The position numbers and the translations under genes are program-made. The notes under the pieces were generated by a model. It made no database searches. It was not told the DNA's origin and saw nothing but the letters and a program-made list of their open reading frames with translations. A stretch of DNA of 64,000 nt from Candidatus Omnitrophota bacterium (lineage in GTDB: Bacteria; Omnitrophota; Gorgyraeia; Zapsychrales; Fredricksoniimonadaceae). Shown here piece after piece: positions 38,493 to 47,946 of the stretch. Location of the stretch: NCBI GenBank assembly GCA_015233675.1, contig JADFXH010000008.1:26003-90002 (forward strand), read 5' to 3'. Numbering within the stretch: position 1 is the first letter of the stretch; every line of letters begins with the position of its first letter.

Positions 38493-38717
38493 ATGTTAAA
38501 ACAAGCATGCCCATGTTGTAAAGTTGCAGGGATTTTTGCTATCGTTGGAGCACTTAACTCGGGGATGACGGGATTACTGCGCGTGAATTACATAGACAAA
38601 ATCTTTTCTTATGTCCATCTAGCTCGTGTCGTTGATGGTTTGACCGCTCTTGCCGCGTTAGTGCTTATAGCGGGTTATTTTATGGCCGATTGTCCCATAT
38701 GTAAAAAGCAAAAATAA
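38493..38717 (+). CDS. DUF378-like small membrane protein with terminal Cys pairs
   Basis: 74 aa. The core AIVGALNSGMTGLL...VVDGLTALAAL resembles DUF378. Has an N-terminal CPCC and a C-terminal CPIC. GGGGGG SD-like run and a TTGTAA-17-TATATT promoter-like pair lie upstream. Confidence 0.55.
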   Translation: MLKQACPCCKVAGIFAIVGALNSGMTGLLRVNYIDKIFSYVHLARVVDGLTALAALVLIAGYFMADCPICKKQK

Positions 38718-38724
38718 CAAACAG

Positions 38725-39768
38725 TTATTTTTCGAGACTGTTAATGATATATTGAATTTGTATGTCAGTTAAGCTTGGATAAATCGGGATGGATAGACAT
38801 CGCTTCATTAATTCATCAGAAACAGGACATTTATTTTTATCAAAATAACGGTGCAAGGGTTTAAAAACAGGGGAAACGGATTCGATTCCCCTGTTTTTTA
38901 ATCTTTGCCAAACTTCCCTCCGGCCTTTCTTAATCTTCACAACATAACGGTAATAAATATGGTCACGATCAGGCTCTTTATGAGGAGTCGTTATTTGAAA
39001 ATTCTCTAACGCCGAATCATAGACTTGGGCTATTTCCTTTCTTCGTGCGAGAAAATACTTTAATTGAGAAAATTGACTTAAACCCAACATCGCTTGAATA
39101 TCTGTCATTTTATAATTATATCGGACTTTATAAGCAGAAATGTTGTCATATTCCCGCAAGTCACGGATTTTATCAAGCAGCTTAAATTGATTTGATAGAA
39201 CCATGCCGCCCTCACCCGTTGTGAGGACCTTGGTCGCATAAAAAGAACATATAGACAATAAACCCAACGAGCCGGCTTTTTTCCCTTGATAACGAGCCCC
39301 TAAGCTTTGGGCACAATCTTCAATAACAGGCACACCTAAACGCAATAGCTCCTTAACATCTGCGGGATACCCGAACAGGTGAGGAACAATAATAGCTTTT
39401 GTCTTTTTAGTTATTTGCTTTTTTGCCTCAACAGGCGAGATATTAAAATCTTCAAAATTGACATCTACAATTCGGGGTACGGCTCCGGCATAGAAAATAG
39501 GATTTAAAAGTGCGGAACAAACATAAGAAGGAATGATCACCTCATCGCCGCGGCCAATGCCCATTGCTAACAAAGCCAAATGCAAGGCGCTTGTCCCCGA
39601 ATTGACCGCAACAGCACCCTTCACATTGCAATATTGACTGATCTTATTTTCAAACTCTAAAACCTTTTCACCTTGAGATAAATGATTTGTTTTGAGGACT
39701 TGAACAATACCTGCAGTGTCCTTGGGGCCGATCGTGGGTTTGGAGTGAAAAATACGAATAATGGCCAT
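38725..39768 (-). CDS. DegT/DnrJ/EryC1/StrS-family sugar aminotransferase
   Basis: 347 aa. Motifs AVAVNSGTSALHLAL and SFYATKVLTTGEGGMV (PLP lysine region). Confidence 0.88.
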   Translation of the reverse strand: MAIIRIFHSKPTIGPKDTAGIVQVLKTNHLSQGEKVLEFENKISQYCNVKGAVAVNSGTSALHLALLAMGIGRGDEVIIPSYVCSALLNPIFYAGAVPRIVDVNFEDFNISPVEAKKQITKKTKAIIVPHLFGYPADVKELLRLGVPVIEDCAQSLGARYQGKKAGSLGLLSICSFYATKVLTTGEGGMVLSNQFKLLDKIRDLREYDNISAYKVRYNYKMTDIQAMLGLSQFSQLKYFLARRKEIAQVYDSALENFQITTPHKEPDRDHIYYRYVVKIKKGRREVWQRLKNRGIESVSPVFKPLHRYFDKNKCPVSDELMKRCLSIPIYPSLTDIQIQYIINSLEK

Positions 39769-39769
39769 A

Positions 39770-40405
39770 TTAGATATCTAACCTTAGATAACGTATCGAT
39801 TTAAACCCTTCCGCATAATTAACCCTGGCTTGAAACCCTCGAAAGTTTGCAATGGCCTTTACTCCGTCTATCATCTTCTGCCCCGAAGGAAAATTGCGAT
39901 TAACCTGCGATTCAAAGGCGCTTACAATATATAACTTATCCTCAAGGGACTCTTCGATATCAACGTAAATATCCGGTTGAAAATTATAAGATGTATAATC
40001 TTCATAAAACAAAATACGTTTGTTATAACGTGTCGCTGAAATGACGCATTGCACCAGGATGCGATGGTCCTGGTGGGAGTCATCATTGTAATTAACATAT
40101 ATTTCGTAAGGTTTTACACGAGCCACGACGGATTCAATGAAATTAATGGATTGTTTGCTGACCTCAAATTTTGTATCGACCCATCCCCCCCAAATTAATT
40201 CCTTGGCGCCGAGACGCCTGACAGATTCCTCTTGTTCTACCTTTCTTGTCTTGGGATCCCCTGCTTCCTGGCCTTCGCTTAACACGCAAAGATACACATT
40301 GTTACCCGCCTTCACATGCTTACGAAGCGTCCCGGCACACCCTAATTCAATATCATCGGGATGGGCCCCGAATGCTAAAATATTTTTGGGCATATTCTCT
40401 TTCAT
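39770..40405 (-). CDS. PIG-L/LmbE-family deacetylase
   Basis: 211 aa. Motifs AFGAHPDDIELGCAGT and HQDH. Confidence 0.85.
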   Translation of the reverse strand: MKENMPKNILAFGAHPDDIELGCAGTLRKHVKAGNNVYLCVLSEGQEAGDPKTRKVEQEESVRRLGAKELIWGGWVDTKFEVSKQSINFIESVVARVKPYEIYVNYNDDSHQDHRILVQCVISATRYNKRILFYEDYTSYNFQPDIYVDIEESLEDKLYIVSAFESQVNRNFPSGQKMIDGVKAIANFRGFQARVNYAEGFKSIRYLRLDI

Positions 40406-40418
40406 GTACGGTCTCCAA

Positions 40419-41468
40419 TTATCTTTTAAATAAAGCAGCGTTTTGTGAAACCCAGTGGTATAGCCTCTGGATCCCTTCCTGTACAGAAATTGTCGGCCTC
40501 CAATTCAACAGGCGGCCTGCTTTGGTAATATCCGATACATAAACTTTCTGATCAAATTTCCTCCAAGAGCCAAATTGGATTTTAATTTTTTTACCTGATA
40601 TCTTCTCCAAAGCAGCAATTAATTCTAAAAGAGAAATCGTATATTTTTCGCCGCCCCCCATGTTAAAAACCTCACCCTTGTATCTAAAATCACGGGACAT
40701 AAAAGCTTCAAACGCTTTGATCAAATCATCAACCCAGAGAATATCCCTGACCTGTTTGCCGTCCCCGTAAATCGTAACCGGTTTCCCTAAAAAAAACCGG
40801 ATAGCAAACCAAGCCAGCCATCCCTGGTCTTCAAACCCAAACTGCCTTGTCCCGTATATGCAACTCATACGGAAAATAGCGCTTTTCAAATTATAAATCT
40901 GGGCATAGTCCTGCGCATACAAATCACCGGCAAGCTTTGAAACACCATAAGGCGTGTGCCCGGTTAAATCAATGCTAAAACGCTCATTGACCCCTTTAAT
41001 GGATTTAAACGCATAGCTTTTGGCTAATGATTTAATTGGAATTTGATTTACATTATTCCCGTAAACCTTGTTGGTGGATGTATAAATAAACATGCCTTTT
41101 TTATTAGCTTTACGCAATGCCTCCAGGACATTAATAGTCCCCGTCGAATTAATTTCATAATCTTCAAACGGATATTCGAGGGAATGTTTGACCCCCGGCT
41201 GTCCGGCCGTATGAATGACCAAATCAGGCCGTTCTTGTCTAAAAGTCCGCGCCATGTCCTCACGGTCACGGACATCTTTTTTAAGAAGCTTGATCTTGGG
41301 GATGTTCTTTAAATACTGCCAATTATATTCGACACTCTTTTCTTTTGAGCCAAAAATAGAAGAACGCAAAAGATTATCGATCACAACGACTTCATGCTTT
41401 TTCTTTGCGAAATGCTCGGCGCAATGCGAACCAATCATGCCTGCCCCGCCTGTAATGATAATTTTCAT
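40419..41468 (-). CDS. NAD-dependent sugar epimerase/dehydratase (SDR, CDP-paratose-2-epimerase-like)
   Basis: 349 aa. Motifs ITGGAGMIGSHC and YGVSKLAGD (YxxxK). Confidence 0.85.
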   Translation of the reverse strand: MKIIITGGAGMIGSHCAEHFAKKKHEVVVIDNLLRSSIFGSKEKSVEYNWQYLKNIPKIKLLKKDVRDREDMARTFRQERPDLVIHTAGQPGVKHSLEYPFEDYEINSTGTINVLEALRKANKKGMFIYTSTNKVYGNNVNQIPIKSLAKSYAFKSIKGVNERFSIDLTGHTPYGVSKLAGDLYAQDYAQIYNLKSAIFRMSCIYGTRQFGFEDQGWLAWFAIRFFLGKPVTIYGDGKQVRDILWVDDLIKAFEAFMSRDFRYKGEVFNMGGGEKYTISLLELIAALEKISGKKIKIQFGSWRKFDQKVYVSDITKAGRLLNWRPTISVQEGIQRLYHWVSQNAALFKR

Positions 41469-42169
41469 AAAGCCCTCTCACCAGCCGTCAAAATGGCAAA
41501 ACTTTCCGGACCGCAGTTAAATAAAAGATCTAAAACTGATAAATGTGAAACAAATGCCGCTTGATTTTTATGCATCCACATTTGATTATAGACGGGGTGC
41601 TCATATTTTTGAACAATAATATCAATATTATTTAATTTAAACTGCCCTTCATCTAAATAATCCAACCCTCCCTCACCCGATAAATATGTGTTAGCATTAA
41701 AATGTTTACATAAGTCAACCAAACGTAAAGTCTTATGCTCCACAGCTTCATATTCACATGACAGCACAAGTCTGGTCTTAATGCCTAAAAGTTCCATAAT
41801 TTTTCGGATCAGGCAAATATTAACTTCTGCCAGATTGTCCCATTCTTTATTTAAAATATCCTGAAAATGCGGAAAATACTGCTCAAAAAACCTCGCCTTA
41901 ACATAATTGAGCTCAATAGCCCTCAGATGCTTTTTACGCCAAGGTTCTTTATTGTTGATCTTGATTTCATTGATCTTTTGCCCAAAATCATGCAAAACGG
42001 GTATCGTCAGCCATTGCCAACCCTGTGGGGTTCGAATACGATTACGGTTCTGCCATTCATTCTTTTTAAATTGGACATTATCCAACAAAACAAATACATC
42101 CGCTTTGGATATTTTATCAAAATATCCCAACCAGGGCATGTATTGAGGCTGGTGAATGGTAATGACCAT
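41465..42169 (-). CDS. WbqC-family protein
   Basis: 234 aa. IHQPQYMPWLGYFDKISKADVFVLLDNVQFKKNEWQNRNRI is the WbqC-like signature. Confidence 0.85.
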   Translation of the reverse strand: MVITIHQPQYMPWLGYFDKISKADVFVLLDNVQFKKNEWQNRNRIRTPQGWQWLTIPVLHDFGQKINEIKINNKEPWRKKHLRAIELNYVKARFFEQYFPHFQDILNKEWDNLAEVNICLIRKIMELLGIKTRLVLSCEYEAVEHKTLRLVDLCKHFNANTYLSGEGGLDYLDEGQFKLNNIDIIVQKYEHPVYNQMWMHKNQAAFVSHLSVLDLLFNCGPESFAILTAGERAL

Positions 42170-42187
42170 ATGCTAATTTAACAAAAT

Positions 42188-43345
42188 TTAGAAACAATGT
42201 TCATACAAATGTTCAATATCTCTTACCATTTTGTCTAAACTGAAATTATCTCCTACCCTTACTTTTGCCTGGCCCCCCATGCCTTGAAGCAATTCCCGGT
42301 CCTTGATCAGCCTGATCATCGCGGCAACAAAAGCATCCGTGTCCCTGGCAGGCACCAAAAGCCCGCTTAGACCATCTTCAACCAGTTCCGGCACGCCACC
42401 GACTTTAGTGGCAATGACAGGTTTCCCATAAGCCATGGCCTCTAAAATTGCCCTGCCCATGCCTTCGTTCAATGAAGCCAGCACAAAAACATCCATGCAT
42501 TCTATAAAACGATCCGGCTCTTTTTGAAAACCGACAAATGAAATATGATTATTTAATCCCAAGGCATCGCTTTTTTGCCGCAACTTCTGTCTTTCGCTGC
42601 CATCCCCCACTAGAAGCAAATGGCTTTGAGGATATTGCCTGACCATCCGGGAAATCGCGTCGACCAAATAAGATATCCCCTTGATAGGGTCAAGCCGTCC
42701 CACATAGCCAAAAATAAAACTTTTCTGAGGGATATGCCATTGTTCTTTAAATTGTTCCTTTTTCTCCTGAGAATTAAAAACGGTTTTCGCCTGTGGGTCA
42801 ATACCGCTATAAATGGTCACAAACTTATCGCAAGCAGCTATCTTAAAATCAATATGTTCTTGCTTGCCCCGATTAGTCAATGTGATGATTTTATCTGTAA
42901 TTAAAGCTGTGGTGCGTTCCAGCCAAATAAACAGCGCTGTTTGTATGGGGCCAAAATAACCGTAAAAAATATGACCGTGGGGGGTGTGAATAATGCGCTT
43001 AACGCCTGCGTATTTGGCTGCCCAGCGCCCCAAAATACCTGCTTTTGAAGAGTGGGTATGCACTATATCAAAACGACCGCGCTTTATAAAATTATACAAT
43101 TTAAAGTAAGCTTTGATGTCCTTCCAAACACTTATTTCCCGTTGAAGGTCAGTAAAAAAAACATAACGAATATTTTTCATTTTTAATGAAGCTTCAATGC
43201 TGCCGTCAGGGTCATTGGTACACCCACTGATAAGAAAAGCCTCAAATTTATTAGGATCAAGCCTGGAAACGGTCTCGATAGTATTTATTGAAGACCCTCC
43301 CCTGTCCAAACGTGTGATAATATGCAAAACTTTAATTTTAGCCAT
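42188..43345 (-). CDS. glycosyltransferase family 4
   Basis: MAKIKVLHIITRLDRGGS from the ATG at 43345. The C-terminal EGMGRAILEAMAYGKPVIATKVGGVPELV is a GT4/GT-B motif. The track start at 43414 would run into the divergent promoter region. Confidence 0.85.
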   Translation of the reverse strand: MAKIKVLHIITRLDRGGSSINTIETVSRLDPNKFEAFLISGCTNDPDGSIEASLKMKNIRYVFFTDLQREISVWKDIKAYFKLYNFIKRGRFDIVHTHSSKAGILGRWAAKYAGVKRIIHTPHGHIFYGYFGPIQTALFIWLERTTALITDKIITLTNRGKQEHIDFKIAACDKFVTIYSGIDPQAKTVFNSQEKKEQFKEQWHIPQKSFIFGYVGRLDPIKGISYLVDAISRMVRQYPQSHLLLVGDGSERQKLRQKSDALGLNNHISFVGFQKEPDRFIECMDVFVLASLNEGMGRAILEAMAYGKPVIATKVGGVPELVEDGLSGLLVPARDTDAFVAAMIRLIKDRELLQGMGGQAKVRVGDNFSLDKMVRDIEHLYEHCF

Positions 43346-43457
43346 ATTTATTGTTATTTTACGGCATGCCGCCCCTTGGAGCAATTGTCTTCTGGTAATT
43401 CTTAAATTAATCACCTTTACAATACCTTCACTATTTTTAATATGTTATGATAAAAAC

Positions 43458-44657
43458 ATGAATATTCTTTTAGCGGCGGATGTATCTATTAAGGATCTCC
43501 TTGGAGGCGCAGAAAAAGGATTACATGAAGAAGCTGTCTTTTTAGCGCAAAAAGGACATAAAGTTTTCATCTTGACCCGCCGTCTTAACTCTCATGATTC
43601 TGATCACGAAGTCATCAACGGTATTCATGAGTACCGGTATGACGTTAACACGAATAACCCTGTTGCTTTTCTTCTGTCAACAATCGTTAATGGACAAAAA
43701 TTATACAAGAAACTTTCTTCGGAAATAAAATTTGATGTGATTAACTTTCACCAGCCCTTCTGTGCATTCGCCGTTCATTTACTGCCCGGGGCAAAAAATA
43801 CAAAAACAGTCTACACCTGCCATTCTTTGTCCTTTGAAGAATACATCTCTCGTTCCCCCAAGATAAATTTTTTAACCTCTTGTCTTAATGTCATCTTACG
43901 AAAGGCAATTGAGAAATTCAGCTTGGATAAATCAGATAAAATTATCGTCTTAAGCCAGTTTACCAAAAACAAACTGATCAAAACATACCGGATAAAGGAA
44001 GATAAAATTGTCGTGATCCCAAGCGGGGTCAATATCAACCATTTTAAACCGCCGATTGATAAAAACGCCCTTCGTCAGGAGATGAACATTGCACAAGAGC
44101 CGTTGACTTTATTAACGGTCCGCAATCTTGTCCCCCGCATGGGGCTGGAAAATCTTATTAAAGCAGTCCCTGTCCTTCAACAAAAAGGTATATTTATTAA
44201 ACTTTTCATCGGCGGGCAAGGCATGTTAAAAGAAAAATTACAGACCTTGATCAAAGAATTAAAGCTGGAGGACTCTGTAACGCTTTGCGGTTTTCTTCCG
44301 GATGAAATTTTAATCAAATATTATCAAACGGCAGATTTCTTCATATTGCCGACTATTGAATTGGAAGGTTTCGGACTGGTGACCATTGAAGCCATGGCCT
44401 GCGCAACCCCTGTATTGGCAACTGCGGTCGGAGGCACTGTTGAAATCTTGGGCTCCTTCGACCGTAGTTTCTTATTCAAAGGCCTTTCTGCCCAAGACAT
44501 AGCGGAATTGATATTTGAAAAATACTCCTACTATAAAAACAATCCGGATGAATATAAGCAATTATCAATTAATGTCAGAAAATTTATAGAGAAAAATTAT
44601 TCCTGGGAAACCAATGCCTCCCATGTGGAATCACTATTTAGAAATATGTCAATATAA
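43458..44657 (+). CDS. glycosyltransferase family 4
   Basis: MNILLAADVS from the ATG at 43458. Motif EGFGLVTIEAMACATPVLATAVGGTVEIL. The long track N-terminus (from 43197) is antisense to the neighbouring gene. Confidence 0.85.
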   Translation: MNILLAADVSIKDLLGGAEKGLHEEAVFLAQKGHKVFILTRRLNSHDSDHEVINGIHEYRYDVNTNNPVAFLLSTIVNGQKLYKKLSSEIKFDVINFHQPFCAFAVHLLPGAKNTKTVYTCHSLSFEEYISRSPKINFLTSCLNVILRKAIEKFSLDKSDKIIVLSQFTKNKLIKTYRIKEDKIVVIPSGVNINHFKPPIDKNALRQEMNIAQEPLTLLTVRNLVPRMGLENLIKAVPVLQQKGIFIKLFIGGQGMLKEKLQTLIKELKLEDSVTLCGFLPDEILIKYYQTADFFILPTIELEGFGLVTIEAMACATPVLATAVGGTVEILGSFDRSFLFKGLSAQDIAELIFEKYSYYKNNPDEYKQLSINVRKFIEKNYSWETNASHVESLFRNMSI

Positions 44658-44674
44658 AGTCAAAAAAGAACCTT

Positions 44675-46573
44675 ATGTGCGGAATATGCGGAAAAATTAA
44701 TGTTCAGGGCAAGAAAATCCCGGTAGAACTCATCACCTCAATGACCGACGCGATGGTCTCCCGTGGACCGGATGACCATGGGATTTACCAGACAAATCAT
44801 CCCATCAGTGTCAGCCTGGGCCACAGGCGCCTGAGTATTGTTGACCTCACCCCTGCCGGCAAACAGCCTATGGCTAATGAGGATAAAACCGTGTGGATGG
44901 TTTTTAACGGTGAAATATATAATCATCAGAAACTTCGCCATGAGCTGCAGGCTTTGGGGCATAGATTTTGTTCTCAAACAGACTGCGAAGTTATCATTCA
45001 TCTCTATGAACAAGAAGGCATTAAATGTTTAGAAAAATTAAATGGCATGTTTGCCTTTGCTTTGTGGGATGTAAAGGACCAGTCCCTGTATTTGTGCCGT
45101 GACCGGGCCGGCATCAAGCCGCTGGTCTATTCATGGGACGGCCAATCCCTTGTCTTTGCCTCAGAAATAAGAAGCCTTTTATGCGACCCGGACATCGTGA
45201 GGGACATGGACGAAGAAGCCCTGAATTTATACCTTACTTTCAATTACATTCCGGCGCCCTATACCATCTATAAAAGCATCAAGAAACTTAATCCCGCAAC
45301 TTATTTAACGCTCAAGAACAATGAAATCCGTCTTGAAAAATACTGGGACGTGAATTCGAAGGCCAGCGCCTTGTCTTCACAAAAAATGGATTTCAAAGAC
45401 TCCAAAAAAGCATTATACACCCTGATGGAAGATTCCGTCCGTATGCAATGCGTAGCAGATGTTCCTTTGGGCGCTTTCTTAAGCGGCGGGATCGATTCCG
45501 GTATTATCGTCGGCTTAATGTCAAGAAATACCCAATCAAAAGTAAAAACATTCTCGATCGGCTATGAGGATATACCGCTATTGGATGAAACGCATTATGC
45601 GGCCCAAGTAGCCAAACTTCACCAAACAGACCATACCCAAATCAAATTGATCAGCCGGGACGTATTAAATGTATTCACTGACCTGCTCGATTGGTTTGAT
45701 GAACCTTTTGCTGATTCATCTGCCATTCCTACTTTTATCGTATCAAGAGAAACCGGGCGCCATGTCAAAGTGGCTTTATCGGGAGATGGCGCGGATGAAC
45801 TTTTTGCCGGTTACCGGATGTATGCGGGAGAGTACTGGTATTCACGGTATAAACATATCCCTTCAATCCTGCGAAAAGTCCTGATCGAGCCTTTGGCCAA
45901 AACCATTCCGGACTCACGCGACACAAGATCGCTTGAACAAATGCGGCGCTTGAAAAAATTTATCAGAGGATCAGCAGGCACCTTTGAAGAACGCTTTTTT
46001 TTATGGAACCAGATTTTCCCCCGAGTTCTTAGAGAAAGCCTTTTGAAAACACCTTCCCTAAATTTTGACTCCGGCAAGAATTTGATAAACGCCTCATTAA
46101 ACTCTTTTTCAGGGGATCCTATAAACCGCATGCTCTACTGTGATTTTAAAAATTCCCTTCCTCATGACATGCTCGCTAAAGTCGACGGGATGAGCATGAA
46201 AAATTCTCTGGAAGTACGGGTCCCTATGCTGGACCATCGCGTTATTGATTTCATTTTCCAGCTGGATGGAAATTTAAAATTAAAAAACGGCAAAGGCAAA
46301 TATATTTTACGTGAAACATTTAAAGATTTATTGCCCCCCTCACTTTTGAGCCGGCCAAAGTCAGGTTTTGAAGTCCCCATCAGCCAATGGCTGAAAACAG
46401 ATTTAAAGTTCCTGTTAGATGAACACTTGTCTGAGGCAAGAATAAAACAACAAGGGATTTTCCATTATGGGCCCATCAAGGGCCTTATTGCTGATCTTCT
46501 GAATAACCGCCAAGATACATCATGGCAATTATGGAACTTGATCGTGTTTCAGGCATGGCATTCTAAACTTTAA
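44675..46573 (+). CDS. asnB: asparagine synthase (glutamine-hydrolysing) family amidotransferase
   Basis: 632 aa. MCGICG is the N-terminal nucleophile and SGGIDSG is the PP-loop. Confidence 0.88.
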   Translation: MCGICGKINVQGKKIPVELITSMTDAMVSRGPDDHGIYQTNHPISVSLGHRRLSIVDLTPAGKQPMANEDKTVWMVFNGEIYNHQKLRHELQALGHRFCSQTDCEVIIHLYEQEGIKCLEKLNGMFAFALWDVKDQSLYLCRDRAGIKPLVYSWDGQSLVFASEIRSLLCDPDIVRDMDEEALNLYLTFNYIPAPYTIYKSIKKLNPATYLTLKNNEIRLEKYWDVNSKASALSSQKMDFKDSKKALYTLMEDSVRMQCVADVPLGAFLSGGIDSGIIVGLMSRNTQSKVKTFSIGYEDIPLLDETHYAAQVAKLHQTDHTQIKLISRDVLNVFTDLLDWFDEPFADSSAIPTFIVSRETGRHVKVALSGDGADELFAGYRMYAGEYWYSRYKHIPSILRKVLIEPLAKTIPDSRDTRSLEQMRRLKKFIRGSAGTFEERFFLWNQIFPRVLRESLLKTPSLNFDSGKNLINASLNSFSGDPINRMLYCDFKNSLPHDMLAKVDGMSMKNSLEVRVPMLDHRVIDFIFQLDGNLKLKNGKGKYILRETFKDLLPPSLLSRPKSGFEVPISQWLKTDLKFLLDEHLSEARIKQQGIFHYGPIKGLIADLLNNRQDTSWQLWNLIVFQAWHSKL

Positions 46574-46574
46574 T

Positions 46575-47942
46575 ATGAATCCTTTTTTATTACTGTCCGG
46601 ATTATTTTCCCTCACATTATTTGTCATATCTTATTTCCATCCTTCTCTAAATCCGACTGGTCTGGGTTCCGATGGCAATGAATATTGGCATCTTGCCGCA
46701 AATCTCTTCAGGCATCACACCTTCGCTTATACTTCGCCTAAATATTTTATTCCTTTTCATCCTGATTTGTTAGTTGGATTTACAGAACCTTCCGTCATGC
46801 CCTGTACTTTCCGTTTACCCGGTTATCCTTACATACTATCACTGCTACTGCATATCTGGCATTCCCCCTATATCGCAATTATTCTAAATTATCTGGCCTA
46901 TGCAGGCATTTGTATTTACGGGTTTCTATTAAGCAATATGTTTTTCCCCAACCGGCTATTGAACAGGCTTTACAACTTCTTCTTAGTATTCAGCCCCTTA
47001 TATTTTGTTCGTTGGGGCATCGGGTCGGAACTCCTAGCAGGCTTTTTAATAACCGGATTTACCTATCATTTCCTAAAAAGCATCGCAAATTCCCCCAAAG
47101 CTTATACGCATTTATTCATCGCATCTTTATGGGGATTTCTAGCCAATTTCACCCGCGGCAATCTGATCATTTATACAGTCAGTTTTATTTTGATCGCTTT
47201 GTCCGCAGGGATCCTTAGGAAAGAAAAAGGCGTTCTCACAAAGTCGATGATCATCCTGTGCGTGTTCTTTTTTTCTTCGGGTGCATGGATGTATCGAAAT
47301 TATAAGCTAACCGATCAATGGACGATCTCGACACAGGGCGGGTATGTCCTCCATCGGGTGAATTTAGGGCATGATTACACTACCAGCAATACTTTGTATT
47401 TTAATCTTTTTATTAAAACACTACAGACCGGCAAAACATTTAACCAGACAGAAGCTATCGTAGATCAAGAATTAAAAAACATTGTACTTGCGGCTTATAA
47501 AAAAAATCCTATGGAATTCTTCAAAAAAACTCTTGATGGTATCCGGACATTCTTCCTGTTTTCTTATTACGACATATCTGATGCGATCACGTTAATGCCC
47601 AAACCTTTGACACAGCGCCTGGAATTTGTCCGCTCCTCCAGTTCTGAGTGCAAAAATAATGGACGCCTAAAACAGGGATTATTTCAAATCTCCCGATGCT
47701 ATAAATGGGTCATCTTAATTAGCTTCTTCTCATTTCCCGTCATTCTCTTATCAAAATGGCCTCTGAAAAATATTATACGCAGTCCAATATTTCTTCTTTA
47801 TCTTCCGACGCTCTTAAGTGTCATCATAACCGCCATCTTCACCGGCGCCGCCGGTGACCGCATGCGCCTGCCGTTTAACGCCCCTATCTTGATCTTTGTT
47901 GTTCTCTCCTGGGGCTGTTCTTTCAAAAAAATAAACATATAG
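46575..47942 (+). CDS. polytopic membrane protein, putative GT-C-type (ArnT/PMT-like) glycosyltransferase
   Basis: 455 aa with more than 10 hydrophobic helices. The first loop, GSDGNEYWHLAANL, resembles the acidic loop of the PMT_2/ArnT family (weak). Confidence 0.5.
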   Translation: MNPFLLLSGLFSLTLFVISYFHPSLNPTGLGSDGNEYWHLAANLFRHHTFAYTSPKYFIPFHPDLLVGFTEPSVMPCTFRLPGYPYILSLLLHIWHSPYIAIILNYLAYAGICIYGFLLSNMFFPNRLLNRLYNFFLVFSPLYFVRWGIGSELLAGFLITGFTYHFLKSIANSPKAYTHLFIASLWGFLANFTRGNLIIYTVSFILIALSAGILRKEKGVLTKSMIILCVFFFSSGAWMYRNYKLTDQWTISTQGGYVLHRVNLGHDYTTSNTLYFNLFIKTLQTGKTFNQTEAIVDQELKNIVLAAYKKNPMEFFKKTLDGIRTFFLFSYYDISDAITLMPKPLTQRLEFVRSSSSECKNNGRLKQGLFQISRCYKWVILISFFSFPVILLSKWPLKNIIRSPIFLLYLPTLLSVIITAIFTGAAGDRMRLPFNAPILIFVVLSWGCSFKKINI

Positions 47943-47946
47943 CTCG

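Noticed and set aside
43384-43401. ATTGTCTT CT GGTAATTC in the divergent GT4 promoter region, as a fifth copy of the palindromic motif.
   Set aside because: Only 10 of 18 positions match and it is not self-complementary.
43197-43457. N-terminal 87-aa extension of the plus-strand GT4 ORF.
   Set aside because: The extension is antisense to the divergent GT4 gene and to the shared promoter region. The GT4 homology begins at MNILLAADV (ATG at 43458).
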